A DNA stretch of 64,000 bases from Bacillota bacterium (GCA_016281935.1 JAEEJN010000078.1:17059-81058); one strand, 5' to 3'. Counted from the first letter of the stretch, positions 44,496 to 53,854 are shown. Notes: generated by a model not told the origin, from the sequence alone. Numbers and translations: made by a program.

Positions 44496-45590
44496 ATGGA
44501 TGTATTGAATTTCAAGTGTCCCAACTGCAACGCTCCTCTCCTCTTTTCAGGAGATGACCGTTCCATCATGGTCTGCGAATACTGTGAAAACACTTTCCCC
44601 GTATCCGTACTGGAAGAGTATTACAAGGCCAAAGAAACTGCAGATTCGGTGCAAACTTCCTTCAAGAAACCCGAAAGCGCCGAATGGATGGGCGAAGAAT
44701 ACAAGGATATGCTTCTGTACTCCTGCCCTTCCTGCGGTGCGCAGATCATGGGTGACGCTCAGATGGGTGCGACACAGTGCCTGTACTGCGGAAATCCTAC
44801 GGTGATCCCGCAGCAGTTCTCCAATGCGCTCCGTCCGGATCTCATCATCCCGTTCAGGCTTTCCAAGCAGGACGCGGTCGCCGCACTGAACCGTCACGTC
44901 CAGGGCAAGCGTCTGATCCCGTCTCTCTTTTCCGACAGGCATCACATCGAGGAGATCAAAGGCCTGTATGTGCCTGTCTGGCTCTATGACTGCGAATCGA
45001 CAGGCAATGTGAACTACAACGGAAACAAGATGCACACATGGTCGGATTCTCAGTATATGTACACGAGGACAGACCACTACCTGCTCAAGCGGGAAGGCAC
45101 CATGTCCTTCCACCATGTCCCCGTAGACGGCTCTTCCAAGATGAAAGACGATTTCATGGAGTCTATCGAGCCGTTCGACAGTTCCCAGGCCGTTCCCTTC
45201 TCCATGGCCTATCTCTCCGGATTCTATGCGGACAAATACGATATGCCTCAGGATACCTGCCAGAGCCGGGCAGAAGAACGGGTCAAAGCCACAGTCACTT
45301 CCGCATTTGCGGGAACGACGTCGGAATTCAGCAGTGTATCCGCCCAGTCCACTCAGCTCAACGTAGAAGGTACCAAAGTACAGTACGCGCTGTTCCCGGT
45401 CTGGATCCTCAGCACCCGGTATGAAGATCAGGTCTATACTTTCATCATGAACGGACAGACGGGACGTTTCGCGGGCGATCTGCCGCTTGACAAGAAAAAG
45501 ATGTGGAAATGGTACGGTCTTCTGACAGCCGGAATCGGTTTCGGTCTGTTTGCTGCAGAATTCATTCTTCATCTTCTGGGGGTGCTGTAA
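44496..45590 (+). CDS. double zinc-ribbon protein with a C-terminal membrane anchor (YdjG-like)
   Basis: 364 aa with two CxxC...CxxC ribbons (CPNC...CEYC and CPSC...CLYC) and a C-terminal TM helix WYGLLTAGIGFGLFAAEFILHLL. AAAGGAG SD is present. Confidence 0.8.
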   Translation: MDVLNFKCPNCNAPLLFSGDDRSIMVCEYCENTFPVSVLEEYYKAKETADSVQTSFKKPESAEWMGEEYKDMLLYSCPSCGAQIMGDAQMGATQCLYCGNPTVIPQQFSNALRPDLIIPFRLSKQDAVAALNRHVQGKRLIPSLFSDRHHIEEIKGLYVPVWLYDCESTGNVNYNGNKMHTWSDSQYMYTRTDHYLLKREGTMSFHHVPVDGSSKMKDDFMESIEPFDSSQAVPFSMAYLSGFYADKYDMPQDTCQSRAEERVKATVTSAFAGTTSEFSSVSAQSTQLNVEGTKVQYALFPVWILSTRYEDQVYTFIMNGQTGRFAGDLPLDKKKMWKWYGLLTAGIGFGLFAAEFILHLLGVL

Positions 45591-45591
45591 A

Positions 45592-46449
45592 ATGAAAAGA
45601 TTCCTAACATTCATCACAGCGCTGGTTCTCTGTCTGGCTCTTGTCCTCCCCGTATTCGCAAAAGATCCGCTGATCGTAGATGAAGCGGGGCTCCTTACAA
45701 GTCAGGAGATCGCATCCTTGACAAGCAAGGCGGAATCGATTCGAAATGATTATGATTTTGAAGCCGTCATCGTAACGGTCCAGACACTGGGCGGATCGAC
45801 AGTGGAAGCTTTCGCGGACGACTATTACGATTTCAACGGGTACGGCTGCGGTCCTGATCATGACGGCGTTCTTCTCCTCCTTGCCATGGATGAGAGAGAA
45901 TACCACATCACGACCACGGGCTTCGGCATCAAAGCCTTTACTGATTACGGTATGGATCAGATGGCGGACAGGTTCGTTTCCTATCTTTCCAACGGCAATT
46001 ATTCCGGAGGATTCTCCACCTTCCTGGATCTGGTCCGCCAGTATCTGGAAGTCGCAAAGAACGGCAGACCGATCGATGTGAACTACAGTTATGAAGACTA
46101 CCAGTTCGATCGGATGGATGCCTCGGCGAAAGCTCTGTACTACCTCAAGATCTGTCTCCGGCATCTTCTTCCTTTCCTGCTCATCGGGTTCGTGGTATCC
46201 CTGATCTTTGTGAGCAGCCAGAAATCCAAACTCAAATCCATCCACATGCAGAGTGCCGCCAACCAGTACAGAGACGAACAGGGACTGAAGCTTCAGGTCT
46301 GTGACAACCTCTTCCTCTATTCGACTACGACCCGCACGCGGATCCAGACGGAAAGCAGTTCCCGCGGAAGCGGCCACAGCGGAGGCGGAAGCAGCACGCA
46401 CACTTCCTCCAGCGGCACCAGCCATGGTGGCCACAGCGGACGTTTCTGA
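45592..46449 (+). CDS. secreted/membrane TPM-domain protein (YgcG/YdjH-like) with a Gly/Ser/His-rich tail
   Basis: 285 aa. The signal peptide is MKRFLTFITALVLCLALVLPVFA. The TPM block runs IVDEAGLLTSQE...VIVTV...DGVLLLLAMDEREYHITTTG. A late TM helix and the tail SGHSGGGSSTHTSSSGTSHGGHSGRF follow. It starts 2 nt after the zinc-ribbon gene. Confidence 0.85.
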   Translation: MKRFLTFITALVLCLALVLPVFAKDPLIVDEAGLLTSQEIASLTSKAESIRNDYDFEAVIVTVQTLGGSTVEAFADDYYDFNGYGCGPDHDGVLLLLAMDEREYHITTTGFGIKAFTDYGMDQMADRFVSYLSNGNYSGGFSTFLDLVRQYLEVAKNGRPIDVNYSYEDYQFDRMDASAKALYYLKICLRHLLPFLLIGFVVSLIFVSSQKSKLKSIHMQSAANQYRDEQGLKLQVCDNLFLYSTTTRTRIQTESSSRGSGHSGGGSSTHTSSSGTSHGGHSGRF

Positions 46450-46470
46450 TCCCATTGCTTATCCATCCAT

Positions 46471-46509
46471 AAAAAAGGAGATCCCGAATCTGATTCGGGA
46501 TCTCTTCTG
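46471..46509. terminator. bidirectional rho-independent terminator
   Basis: AAAAAAG-GAGATCCCGAAT-ctg-ATTCGGGATCTC-TTCTG. Confidence 0.8.
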
Positions 46510-46521
46510 ATATCGGCTGTT

Positions 46522-48702
46522 TTAAGCCCGCAGCAGTCTGACGGAGTTCAGCACCGCCGCCAGAGCCACACCTGTATCCGCAAGGACCGCAGCCCACATG
46601 GGCGCCAGCCCGAAGACGGCGAGGATGAGCACCAGAGCTTTGACGGTCAGGGCAAACGCGATATTGAACCGCACAACGCCCATGACTCTTCGGAACAGAC
46701 GGATCGCATCCAGAAGACGGGACGGCCGGCTGTCCACAAGGACGATGTCCGCGGTTTCGATCGCAGCGTCCGACCCGAGCCCCATTGCCACGCCTACGTC
46801 CGCCTCAGCGAGGACCGGCGCATCGTTGATACCGTCACCAACGAAGAAGACCTTTCCCTCCCTGCTGAGATCCTTCATCCTCTCCACTTTCTGCTCAGGC
46901 AGGAGTTCCGCATAATAGTCCGAAATGCCTGTCTCTACAGCAGTCTCTTCCGCAGCCCGTGCAGAATCGCCTGTCAGCATCACGCATCTGCGTACACCGA
47001 GACTGATCAGCCCAGAAATGAGTTCCGGGACGTCTTCTCTGACCGCATCCTGCATTCTGAAAGCGGCGGCCGGACGGCCGTTGACAGTCATATAGACCTG
47101 TGCATCCGGGAGCGCGTCCGTAGGAATGCCCATGTCTTCCAGCATTCTGCGGGAGCCCACACTGACCTCCCTTCCGTTCACAACAGCCATAACGCCGTGT
47201 CCAGGCCTCTCACGGATATCTTCCGCTGCCTCGATTTCCGAACCGGCAGCTTCACAGATTGCCTTGGCCATAGGATGCGCAGAAAAGCGTTCCGCTGCTG
47301 CTGCAAGCGCCAGGAGATCTCCGGAAGACTCGGAAGCGTCTCCAAGGGGCAGGGTCTGCGCGACCTTCAGACTGCCTTTCGTCAGCGTACCTGTTTTGTC
47401 GAACGCGGCGATGGAAGCCTCTGCAAGAAGCTCCACGTACTTCCCGCCCTTGACAAGGATTCCTTTTCTGGATGCCGCTCCGATCCCCGCGAAGAAACCG
47501 AGAGGCACGGAGATCACGAGAGCACAGGGACAGGACGCAACCATGAATACGAGTGCGCGGTGCAGCCATTCGGAAAACGCGCCGAGCCCAAGCAGCGGGG
47601 GGATTGCCATCAGAAGCACCGCTCCGATCACGACCACAGGCGTATATATCCTGGCAAACCGGGTGATGAATCTTTCCGACTGTCCTTTTCTGGAAGCCGA
47701 CTCCTGAACCATGGATAGGATCCGCGATGCAGCGGAATCTTCAAACTCATGTGTCACACGGACTTTGAGTACCGAGTCTCCGTTCACCATACCGGACATC
47801 ACTTCCGAACCGGGACCGGCCGTCTGAGGAATCGATTCCCCCGTCAGAGCCGACGTATCGAGCGCAGATTCTCCTTCCTCCACGATTCCGTCCAGCGGGA
47901 TCCGTTCAAACGGAGCGATCAGGATCCTGTCGCCGATATGGACCGTATCTGCGGGAACAGTACGGCTTTCTTCGTCTTCTCCCAGCAACTCGGCTTCTTC
48001 GGCCCGGATATTGGCAAGAGCTTCGATCTGTTCTCTGGACCGGTCTACAGCCTTGTCTTCCAGCAGTTCGCCTATGGTAAACAGGATGGCCACGCCGGCC
48101 GCTTCCGGGAATTCCTTCAGCGCGAACGCAGCGATCACGGCGATCGTCATGAGCAGGGTTTCGTCGATGTTCAGCCTGGTCAGGTTTTTGAATCCCTTGA
48201 TCATCGTTTCATATCCGCCGAGTATCGTCGCGGCAGCGAAAACGAGAGCCTGTACCCATACGGCCGCTCCCATGCGGGACATAATCAGTCCGGCGGCAAA
48301 ACACACGACTGCCAGAGCGATGAAGACGTAGCGTTTTGCGTCCGATCCTTCTTCTTTATCATGATGATGTTCATGCTCATCATGTTCATGCTCATGTTCA
48401 TCGTGTTCATGCTCATGAGAATGATGCGCATGTTCATGGTGTTCATGCTCATGACGCTCTTGGGCATGTCCATCTTCTCCCGGAACCACCAGATAGGCAT
48501 CGGGTTCCGTCCTGTCGATGGCCTTCCGGATCCTGTCTTCCAGGTTTTCTTCAGAACCTTCTTCGACCGTCACATCCAGTGCACGTGTCATGAAGTTCAG
48601 ATGGGCTTCCCTGACGCCGGGCAGTGAAGCGACCGCATCCTCTACTTTCTGTGCACAGTTGGCACAGTCAAGATCATACACTTCATAATGTCTGCGGATC
48701 AT
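46522..48702 (-). CDS. heavy-metal translocating P1B-type ATPase (Zn/Cd/Co-type)
   Basis: 726 aa. The N-terminal HMA domain has CANC. A His/Glu tract follows (HEHEHHEHAHHSHEHEHDEHEHEHDEHEHHH). Other motifs are TM CPC (SCPCALV), DKTGTLT and GDGINDAP. Confidence 0.93.
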   Translation of the reverse strand: MIRRHYEVYDLDCANCAQKVEDAVASLPGVREAHLNFMTRALDVTVEEGSEENLEDRIRKAIDRTEPDAYLVVPGEDGHAQERHEHEHHEHAHHSHEHEHDEHEHEHDEHEHHHDKEEGSDAKRYVFIALAVVCFAAGLIMSRMGAAVWVQALVFAAATILGGYETMIKGFKNLTRLNIDETLLMTIAVIAAFALKEFPEAAGVAILFTIGELLEDKAVDRSREQIEALANIRAEEAELLGEDEESRTVPADTVHIGDRILIAPFERIPLDGIVEEGESALDTSALTGESIPQTAGPGSEVMSGMVNGDSVLKVRVTHEFEDSAASRILSMVQESASRKGQSERFITRFARIYTPVVVIGAVLLMAIPPLLGLGAFSEWLHRALVFMVASCPCALVISVPLGFFAGIGAASRKGILVKGGKYVELLAEASIAAFDKTGTLTKGSLKVAQTLPLGDASESSGDLLALAAAAERFSAHPMAKAICEAAGSEIEAAEDIRERPGHGVMAVVNGREVSVGSRRMLEDMGIPTDALPDAQVYMTVNGRPAAAFRMQDAVREDVPELISGLISLGVRRCVMLTGDSARAAEETAVETGISDYYAELLPEQKVERMKDLSREGKVFFVGDGINDAPVLAEADVGVAMGLGSDAAIETADIVLVDSRPSRLLDAIRLFRRVMGVVRFNIAFALTVKALVLILAVFGLAPMWAAVLADTGVALAAVLNSVRLLRA

Positions 48703-48706
48703 CTGT

Positions 48707-49060
48707 TTATCGCTCCTCGATATGAGACAGTCCTTTGTCGAATATCTGTCTCACATGATCATCGTCCAGGGCATAGTAAGCATTCTTTCCGTCGCGGCGG
48801 CTCCTTACGAGTCTTGCCGCACGGAGAAGGCGCAGCTGATGTGAGATCGCAGAAGGCGCCATTCCCAGAAGATCAGCGATATCTGAAACACTGAGTTCCT
48901 CGTCGAACAGAGCGCACATGATACGAACCCGTGTCGTATCGCCGAACACCTTGAACAGTTCAGCCAGATCGTACAGAGTCTCTTCATCCGGCATCCGTTC
49001 CCGGATGCGTTCGATCTGTTCCGCGTGTTCTTCGGAAGACTGACCGATCCATTCGCTCAT
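48707..49060 (-). CDS. ArsR/SmtB-family metalloregulator
   Basis: 117 aa with the wHTH segment ELSVSDIADLLGMAPSAISHQLRLLRAARLV. AGGAGG SD is present. It lies 4 nt upstream of the ATPase gene. Confidence 0.9.
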   Translation of the reverse strand: MSEWIGQSSEEHAEQIERIRERMPDEETLYDLAELFKVFGDTTRVRIMCALFDEELSVSDIADLLGMAPSAISHQLRLLRAARLVRSRRDGKNAYYALDDDHVRQIFDKGLSHIEER

Positions 49061-49073
49061 AGAAGCCTCCTTC

Positions 49074-49110
49074 GTTCACATCATCATGTGAACATTTATT
49101 CATATGTTGA
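49074..49110. promoter_or_regulatory. overlapping inverted repeats: candidate ArsR/SmtB operator
   Basis: A perfect 8-4-8 palindrome GTTCACAT-catc-ATGTGAAC (49074-49093) overlaps TGAACA-N10-TGTTGA (49089-49110). The site lies between the predicted TSS and the SD. The TGAACA/TGTTCA half-sites recall SmtB/CzrA-type operators. Confidence 0.55.
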
Positions 49111-49114
49111 CTGT

Positions 49115-49143
49115 ATTATAGTTCCTTTTATATACGGTGTCAA
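49115..49143 (-). promoter_or_regulatory. consensus sigma-A promoter of the arsR-ATPase operon
   Basis: Minus strand reads TTGACA-17 nt-TATAAT. Confidence 0.75.
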
Positions 49144-49163
49144 CTGTGATTCCGGATCCGAGA

Positions 49164-49189
49164 CAAAAAAAGGTCTCCGATCGGAGACC
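49164..49189 (-). terminator. rho-independent terminator of the obg...flavin reductase gene string
   Basis: Minus strand reads GGTCTCC-gatc-GGAGACC followed by TTTTTTTT. Confidence 0.85.
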
Positions 49190-49213
49190 CGTATCTGTAT
49201 CGTTTTCCATCGA

Positions 49214-49735
49214 TCAGTCGTCTGCACCGAGGATGTAGGCATCCACGATCTGAGCGATATAGGCGGTATGGAAATCGCCTGCATCCGCGCCTTTCCCGTA
49301 GAAACGCTCCCGGATTTCTGCCGGGATCTTCTCAAGATCCTGATCCTGCGCATACAGGACGCGGCACTCGAGCGTCAGCGGGTATTCCAAGACGCCCGGC
49401 GTATGATTGGTTCTAGGCGCAGCCAGCGTGAACAGCTTTTCCTTGTCCACATCGCGACCGGACTGGGATCCGCAGACCCGCATCACGTCCGCGCTCAGGC
49501 TTCCCTCCAGCGGCAGGGACAGCGTGAATTCTCCGGAAGCATCGATCTGGCCTTTGGTATAACGGCTTTGACGGACATAGACCGTCACGGCGGGAAGGCC
49601 CCAGATGACTCCGATGTTCCCCCACCCGATCACCATACTGTTGAACTTGTCCGCTTTCGTATTCAGAAGAAATCTGGGATTCAGCGTTTGCGTCAGATGG
49701 TCGGCATAATCAAAGGCGTTGACTGTCTTTTTCAT
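49214..49735 (-). CDS. flavin reductase-like FMN-binding domain protein
   Basis: 173 aa. NSMVIGWGNIGVIWGLPAVTVYVRQSRYT fits the split-barrel flavin reductase family. Its ATG overlaps the rsfS stop (ATGA). Confidence 0.75.
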   Translation of the reverse strand: MKKTVNAFDYADHLTQTLNPRFLLNTKADKFNSMVIGWGNIGVIWGLPAVTVYVRQSRYTKGQIDASGEFTLSLPLEGSLSADVMRVCGSQSGRDVDKEKLFTLAAPRTNHTPGVLEYPLTLECRVLYAQDQDLEKIPAEIRERFYGKGADAGDFHTAYIAQIVDAYILGADD

Positions 49736-50106
49736 TCCGCTCCCCCGTTCTCTTCTTTGTAGTCATAACGGTTTTCGGTGCGGTCCCAGAGTCTCTCCAG
49801 ATTATAGAAAGCCCGGTCTTCCGTATGGAAGATGTGAACCATCAGCCCCGAATAATCCAATACGATCCAGCGTCCGGCGGCATAGCCTTCCTTGCGCAGC
49901 GGAGCGATCCTGAGAGTTTCGCCTACTTTTTCCTCCACCGCATCGGCAAGAGCACGGACCTGAAGAGTCGAACGTCCGCTCGCCAGAAGAAATCCGTCGC
50001 ATACGGTCGTCATCTGTTCCGTATCCAGCAGAGTCACATCCTGTGCACGGCGATCCAGAAGAGCCGCAGCAGCGACGTCAGCAAGTTCTTTCCACCTTTT
50101 TTCCAT
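49732..50106 (-). CDS. rsfS: ribosome silencing factor RsfS
   Basis: 124 aa. CDGFLLASGRSTLQVRALAD...WIVLDYSGLMVHIFHTEDRAFYNLERLW is the RsfS/IojAP signature. It sits in the yqeK-rsfS context. Confidence 0.9.
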   Translation of the reverse strand: MEKRWKELADVAAAALLDRRAQDVTLLDTEQMTTVCDGFLLASGRSTLQVRALADAVEEKVGETLRIAPLRKEGYAAGRWIVLDYSGLMVHIFHTEDRAFYNLERLWDRTENRYDYKEENGGAE

Positions 50107-50699
50107 CAGTCAACCTCCATTCCTGTTTTCGTTCGGATCAATTCGTCGTTGAAAGCAATCAGTGTCCCGGGATGCACGACCTGTCCGCGGGATATCGCAT
50201 AGGACAGAGTCTGCTGCAATGCTCTGAAATAGAGTTTATCGAGATCTTTTCCGGAAAGATCCCTGAGTTCTGTCAGTCCCGGATATGCCTTGCGGTTCGG
50301 TTCGATCATGTCGGCTGTGAACAGGATCCGGTCCAGCCGGCTCATGGGCAGATCCGGTATCGTATGAGCATACACCGCATGCAGGAGTTCGGGATCGGAA
50401 AAGAAGCCTTCCTCCCTGAGCCAGAGAGAACCTGCAGGACCATGCAGAAGAGAAGGTACTCTCCGGTAGACCGGATCCTTGTCCAGATGCAGGCGCGACG
50501 CGTATTCCAGGAGCAGGGGCGGAGAAAAACCTTTTCCCACGTCGTGTACGAGTCCAGCCCAGTACGCTTTCTCAGGATCCGCACCGAAACGCTCCGCCAT
50601 ACTTCTCGCCGTCTGAGCGACACCAAGACTGTGTGTGACCCTCGCGGGCTTCACATAACGGCTCAGAATCCCGAGCCACTCTTCCTCACGCATCGGCAT
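50106..50699 (-). CDS. yqeK: HD-domain bis(5'-nucleosyl)-tetraphosphatase YqeK
   Basis: 197 aa with HD motif HSLGVAQTA...GLVHDVGK. It occupies the conserved position between nadD and rsfS. Confidence 0.88.
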   Translation of the reverse strand: MPMREEEWLGILSRYVKPARVTHSLGVAQTARSMAERFGADPEKAYWAGLVHDVGKGFSPPLLLEYASRLHLDKDPVYRRVPSLLHGPAGSLWLREEGFFSDPELLHAVYAHTIPDLPMSRLDRILFTADMIEPNRKAYPGLTELRDLSGKDLDKLYFRALQQTLSYAISRGQVVHPGTLIAFNDELIRTKTGMEVD

Positions 50700-51414
50700 T
50701 CACCGCCCATCCATACAAATGATTCTGTATCATGTATTCCCGCAGATCTTCAGACAGATCTCCTTCAGGCCATTCCCGGCGATTGAGTTTCTCGCGGATC
50801 TCCGTAGCGGAGAGATCAGGACCATCTGCTTTCAGCAGCGTGATGTCAGCTCCGTATTTCTTTCTGAGGTTCCGCGCTTTGGCCTGCATCTGCCTGCGCG
50901 TAGCGGATCCGGCCCGGGCAGCTACGAAAATCCGTCCTTCGGCCATGATCCGTTCTGCATGATACCATTCGTCCAGATACATCAGGGAATCTCCGCCGAT
51001 CAGAAAACAGATCTCACGGATCCCAAATTCCTTTTTCAGCAGTTCCAGCGTCTCCGCCGTGTATGCATAACTGTCTCTTCTGACTTCCCAATCCGAGACT
51101 GACAGTTCAGGATAGGGATCCGCCGCGATCCTTGTCATCATCAGGCGATCCGAAGCGGATGTCATCTCTCTTCCGCGCTTATGCGGCGGAGTGCCGGCAA
51201 CCATCAGGACCAGACGTTCCCAGCCCATTTCCTGTGCCGCTTCGCGTGCGATCTCCAGATGCCCGCGATGGATAGGGTCCCATGTACCGCCGTAGAGAGC
51301 GAGGCTGCGTCCTTCATAAGCCGAAAGATCGGCAAGCTCTCTGAGCTTCCTCCCGGCGAACGCATTCTCTTTCCTCAAGGCATCCATGGTTTCCTGTCTT
51401 TCCGTCTCTTCCAT
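50686..51414 (-). CDS. nadD: nicotinate-nucleotide adenylyltransferase
   Basis: 242 aa. GGTWDPIHRGHL is the (H/T)xGH motif. The N-terminal 30 or so aa are unusual. An alternative ATG at 51387 is possible. Confidence 0.85.
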   Translation of the reverse strand: MEETERQETMDALRKENAFAGRKLRELADLSAYEGRSLALYGGTWDPIHRGHLEIAREAAQEMGWERLVLMVAGTPPHKRGREMTSASDRLMMTRIAADPYPELSVSDWEVRRDSYAYTAETLELLKKEFGIREICFLIGGDSLMYLDEWYHAERIMAEGRIFVAARAGSATRRQMQAKARNLRKKYGADITLLKADGPDLSATEIREKLNRREWPEGDLSEDLREYMIQNHLYGWAVNADA

Positions 51415-51429
51415 CCTGACGGCTGTCCG

Positions 51430-51855
51430 TCAGCCTTTGTGCTTAGGCTTCGTCCTGCTGCCCGGCCTCACGGGTCTCTGTCCCCGGTTTTTATAGGGGA
51501 CTTCGGGTTCACGCACCGGACGGGCCGCAGCAGGAGGGGTCTCCTTCTCTCTGACGACTACCGTCCCGCGTTCCAGAACGATCCTGGGATGTTCCCTGGA
51601 AACTCTGTAGAGCACAAAACGGCTCCCGATGATCTGGACGCTCTCGGCTCCTGTTGCTTCCGCAAGGGCCTCCGAGGCTTCGCCCGCTGTGTATTCACTG
51701 TTCTGAAGGATCGAAATCTTGATCAGTTCGCGTTTCTCGAGCGCCTCATCCACCTGTTTGATCAGATTCTCGTTCACTCCGCCCTTGCCCACCTGGAAAA
51801 TGGGATCCAGCGCATTTGCCATGCTCCGCAGGAGCGCTCTCTGTTTGCTGTTCAT
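51430..51855 (-). CDS. yhbY: YhbY/CRM-domain ribosome-assembly RNA-binding protein with a basic C-terminal tail
   Basis: 141 aa. LRSMANALDPIFQVGKGGVNENLIKQVDEALEKRELIK is the YhbY signature. It lies in the obg-yhbY-nadD synteny. Confidence 0.85.
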   Translation of the reverse strand: MNSKQRALLRSMANALDPIFQVGKGGVNENLIKQVDEALEKRELIKISILQNSEYTAGEASEALAEATGAESVQIIGSRFVLYRVSREHPRIVLERGTVVVREKETPPAAARPVREPEVPYKNRGQRPVRPGSRTKPKHKG

Positions 51856-51857
51856 GT

Positions 51858-53132
51858 CTACTCCATAAAATCAAACTGTGTACCGCAGAAGTCCACGGTA
51901 TCTCCCGTGACGGCTCCCGCTTCCCGCAGAGCGTCCACGATCCCCAGCCGTCTCAGCTGTTTCTGGAAGTTCCGCACTGACGCGCCGTCTTCCAGGTTTA
52001 CCGAATCGAGCAGCCGCTCCGCCAGCGCGCCTGTCACATAGTAGATCCCGTCTTCTTCCTTCACGAACCACTCCTGAGGAGGATAGGGATCCAGTTCCCG
52101 GAAAAGCCCCATGCCGTTCTCATCCGACTCAGGCGGAAGATCGTCCAGCACCCGTGTCACACGGTCCAGAAGGGGCGCCAGTCCCTGATGCGTCGCCGCC
52201 GAAATGGGGAAGATCTCCGTTTCCGTTCCGACCAGTTTTCTGAGGCGCTTCAGATTCTCTTCCGAATCCGGAAGATCCATTTTATTGGCCACGAGGATCC
52301 TGGGCTTCTCCGCGACCGAAGACCCGTAGGCTTCCAGTTCACGGATGATCTTGGAATAGTCTTCCAGGGGATCGCGTCCTTCCAGTCCGCTCATATCGAC
52401 CAGATGGAGAAGGACCCGGCTTCTTTCCACATGGCGAAGGAAATCGATCCCTAGGCCGACTCCTTCATGGGCGTTTTCGATGATGCCGGGTATGTCAGCG
52501 GCCACGAACGTGCGTCCTCTGTGTTCCACGACGCCGAAATTGGGAATCAGCGTCGTAAAAGGATAGTCTGCGATCTTGGGCCTTGCCGCAGAGATCACGG
52601 AGAGCAGAGTCGACTTGCCGGCGTTCGGAAACCCGAGGAAGCCTACGTCCGCGATGGATTTGAGTTCCAGTTCCAGTTCATAGGTCCGGGTCTTCCCTCC
52701 CGGCAGGGCAAACCCGGGTTTCTGTCTCGTAGGCGTCGCCATCTTCGCGTTTCCGAATCCGCCTCTTCCCCCGCGGATGAGACGCACAGTCAGTCCTTCG
52801 CGGCTCATATCCGCAAGGACTTCACCCGTTTCCTGGAGTTTCACGATCGTTCCGAGAGGCACACGGATCTCCAGATCCTCGCCGTCCTTTCCGTCGCGGA
52901 GTCCGCTCATCCCGTCTTCTCCGTCCGCCGCAAAAAACCTGCGCTGATAACGGAAATACTGGAGTGTGCGCATGGATTTGTCAGCTGTCAGGATGATTGC
53001 GCCGCCGACGCCTCCGTCTCCGCCGTCCGGTCCGCCTTTGGGAACATATTTCTCACGGTGGAAAGAGACGGCTCCGTTTCCTCCGTTGCCCGATTTGACT
53101 GTGATCCGGGCCTGATCCATCCATTCGTTCAT
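51858..53132 (-). CDS. obg: GTPase Obg/CgtA
   Basis: 424 aa with the Obg fold (GGNGAVSFHREKYVPKGGPDGGDGG), G motifs GFPNAGKST and NKMD, and a C-terminal OCT/TGS-like domain. Confidence 0.95.
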   Translation of the reverse strand: MNEWMDQARITVKSGNGGNGAVSFHREKYVPKGGPDGGDGGVGGAIILTADKSMRTLQYFRYQRRFFAADGEDGMSGLRDGKDGEDLEIRVPLGTIVKLQETGEVLADMSREGLTVRLIRGGRGGFGNAKMATPTRQKPGFALPGGKTRTYELELELKSIADVGFLGFPNAGKSTLLSVISAARPKIADYPFTTLIPNFGVVEHRGRTFVAADIPGIIENAHEGVGLGIDFLRHVERSRVLLHLVDMSGLEGRDPLEDYSKIIRELEAYGSSVAEKPRILVANKMDLPDSEENLKRLRKLVGTETEIFPISAATHQGLAPLLDRVTRVLDDLPPESDENGMGLFRELDPYPPQEWFVKEEDGIYYVTGALAERLLDSVNLEDGASVRNFQKQLRRLGIVDALREAGAVTGDTVDFCGTQFDFME

Positions 53133-53135
53133 AGA

Positions 53136-53756
53136 CTATACCTTATCTTCATAGGGGCATTGGCTCAGAAAAGGGCATTCCGCACACAGAGGTTTGCGTG
53201 CTTTGCAGATCTTTCTCCCATGCCAGATCAGCCAGTGATGCGCAGCGGACCATTTGTCTTTCGGGAAGAAAAGCATGAGCTCCTGCTCCGTTTCCGCCGG
53301 ATCCTTCCCGCTGGCGATCCCGAGCCTGTGGCTTACCCTGAACACGTGGGTATCCACCGCGATGGCCGGAACACCCATGGCATTGGACAGGACCACGTTG
53401 GCCGTCTTTCTTCCCACACCCGGAAGCCGTGTCAGCTCTTCCATGGTACCGGGGACTTCCCCCCCGAAATCGGATACGATCATTCTGGCAGCCGAAACGA
53501 GGTGGATCGCCTTGTTGTGATAGAAATTGACGGAGGCGATCCAGGGTTCCAGTTCTCCGGGGGTGACGGAAGCAAGTGCCTCCGCATCAGGAAAGCGTCC
53601 GAAGAGGGCCGGCGTGACCTGGTTGACTCTTTCATCCGTGCATTGAGCGGAAAGGATCGTCGCCACAAGAAGCTGGTAGGGCGTACCGAAATCCAGCCCG
53701 CAGCTGTATTCTCCGTAATAGCTTTCAAGCCCCTTAATGAGCCATTCGCGATCCAT
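53136..53756 (-). CDS. nth: endonuclease III
   Basis: 206 aa with HhH-GPD motif LPGVGRKTANVVL and the C-terminal Fe-S cluster loop CKARKPLCAECPFLSQC. Confidence 0.92.
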   Translation of the reverse strand: MDREWLIKGLESYYGEYSCGLDFGTPYQLLVATILSAQCTDERVNQVTPALFGRFPDAEALASVTPGELEPWIASVNFYHNKAIHLVSAARMIVSDFGGEVPGTMEELTRLPGVGRKTANVVLSNAMGVPAIAVDTHVFRVSHRLGIASGKDPAETEQELMLFFPKDKWSAAHHWLIWHGRKICKARKPLCAECPFLSQCPYEDKV

Positions 53757-53854
53757 TCCGAGCCTCCTGTCGTTGTGTCATAATTATACAGGATAATTCC
53801 CCTGCAGTCCAGTCAAAAGCCCGAGCGCTCCGTGCTTCCCGGTTCGTGAGAGAA

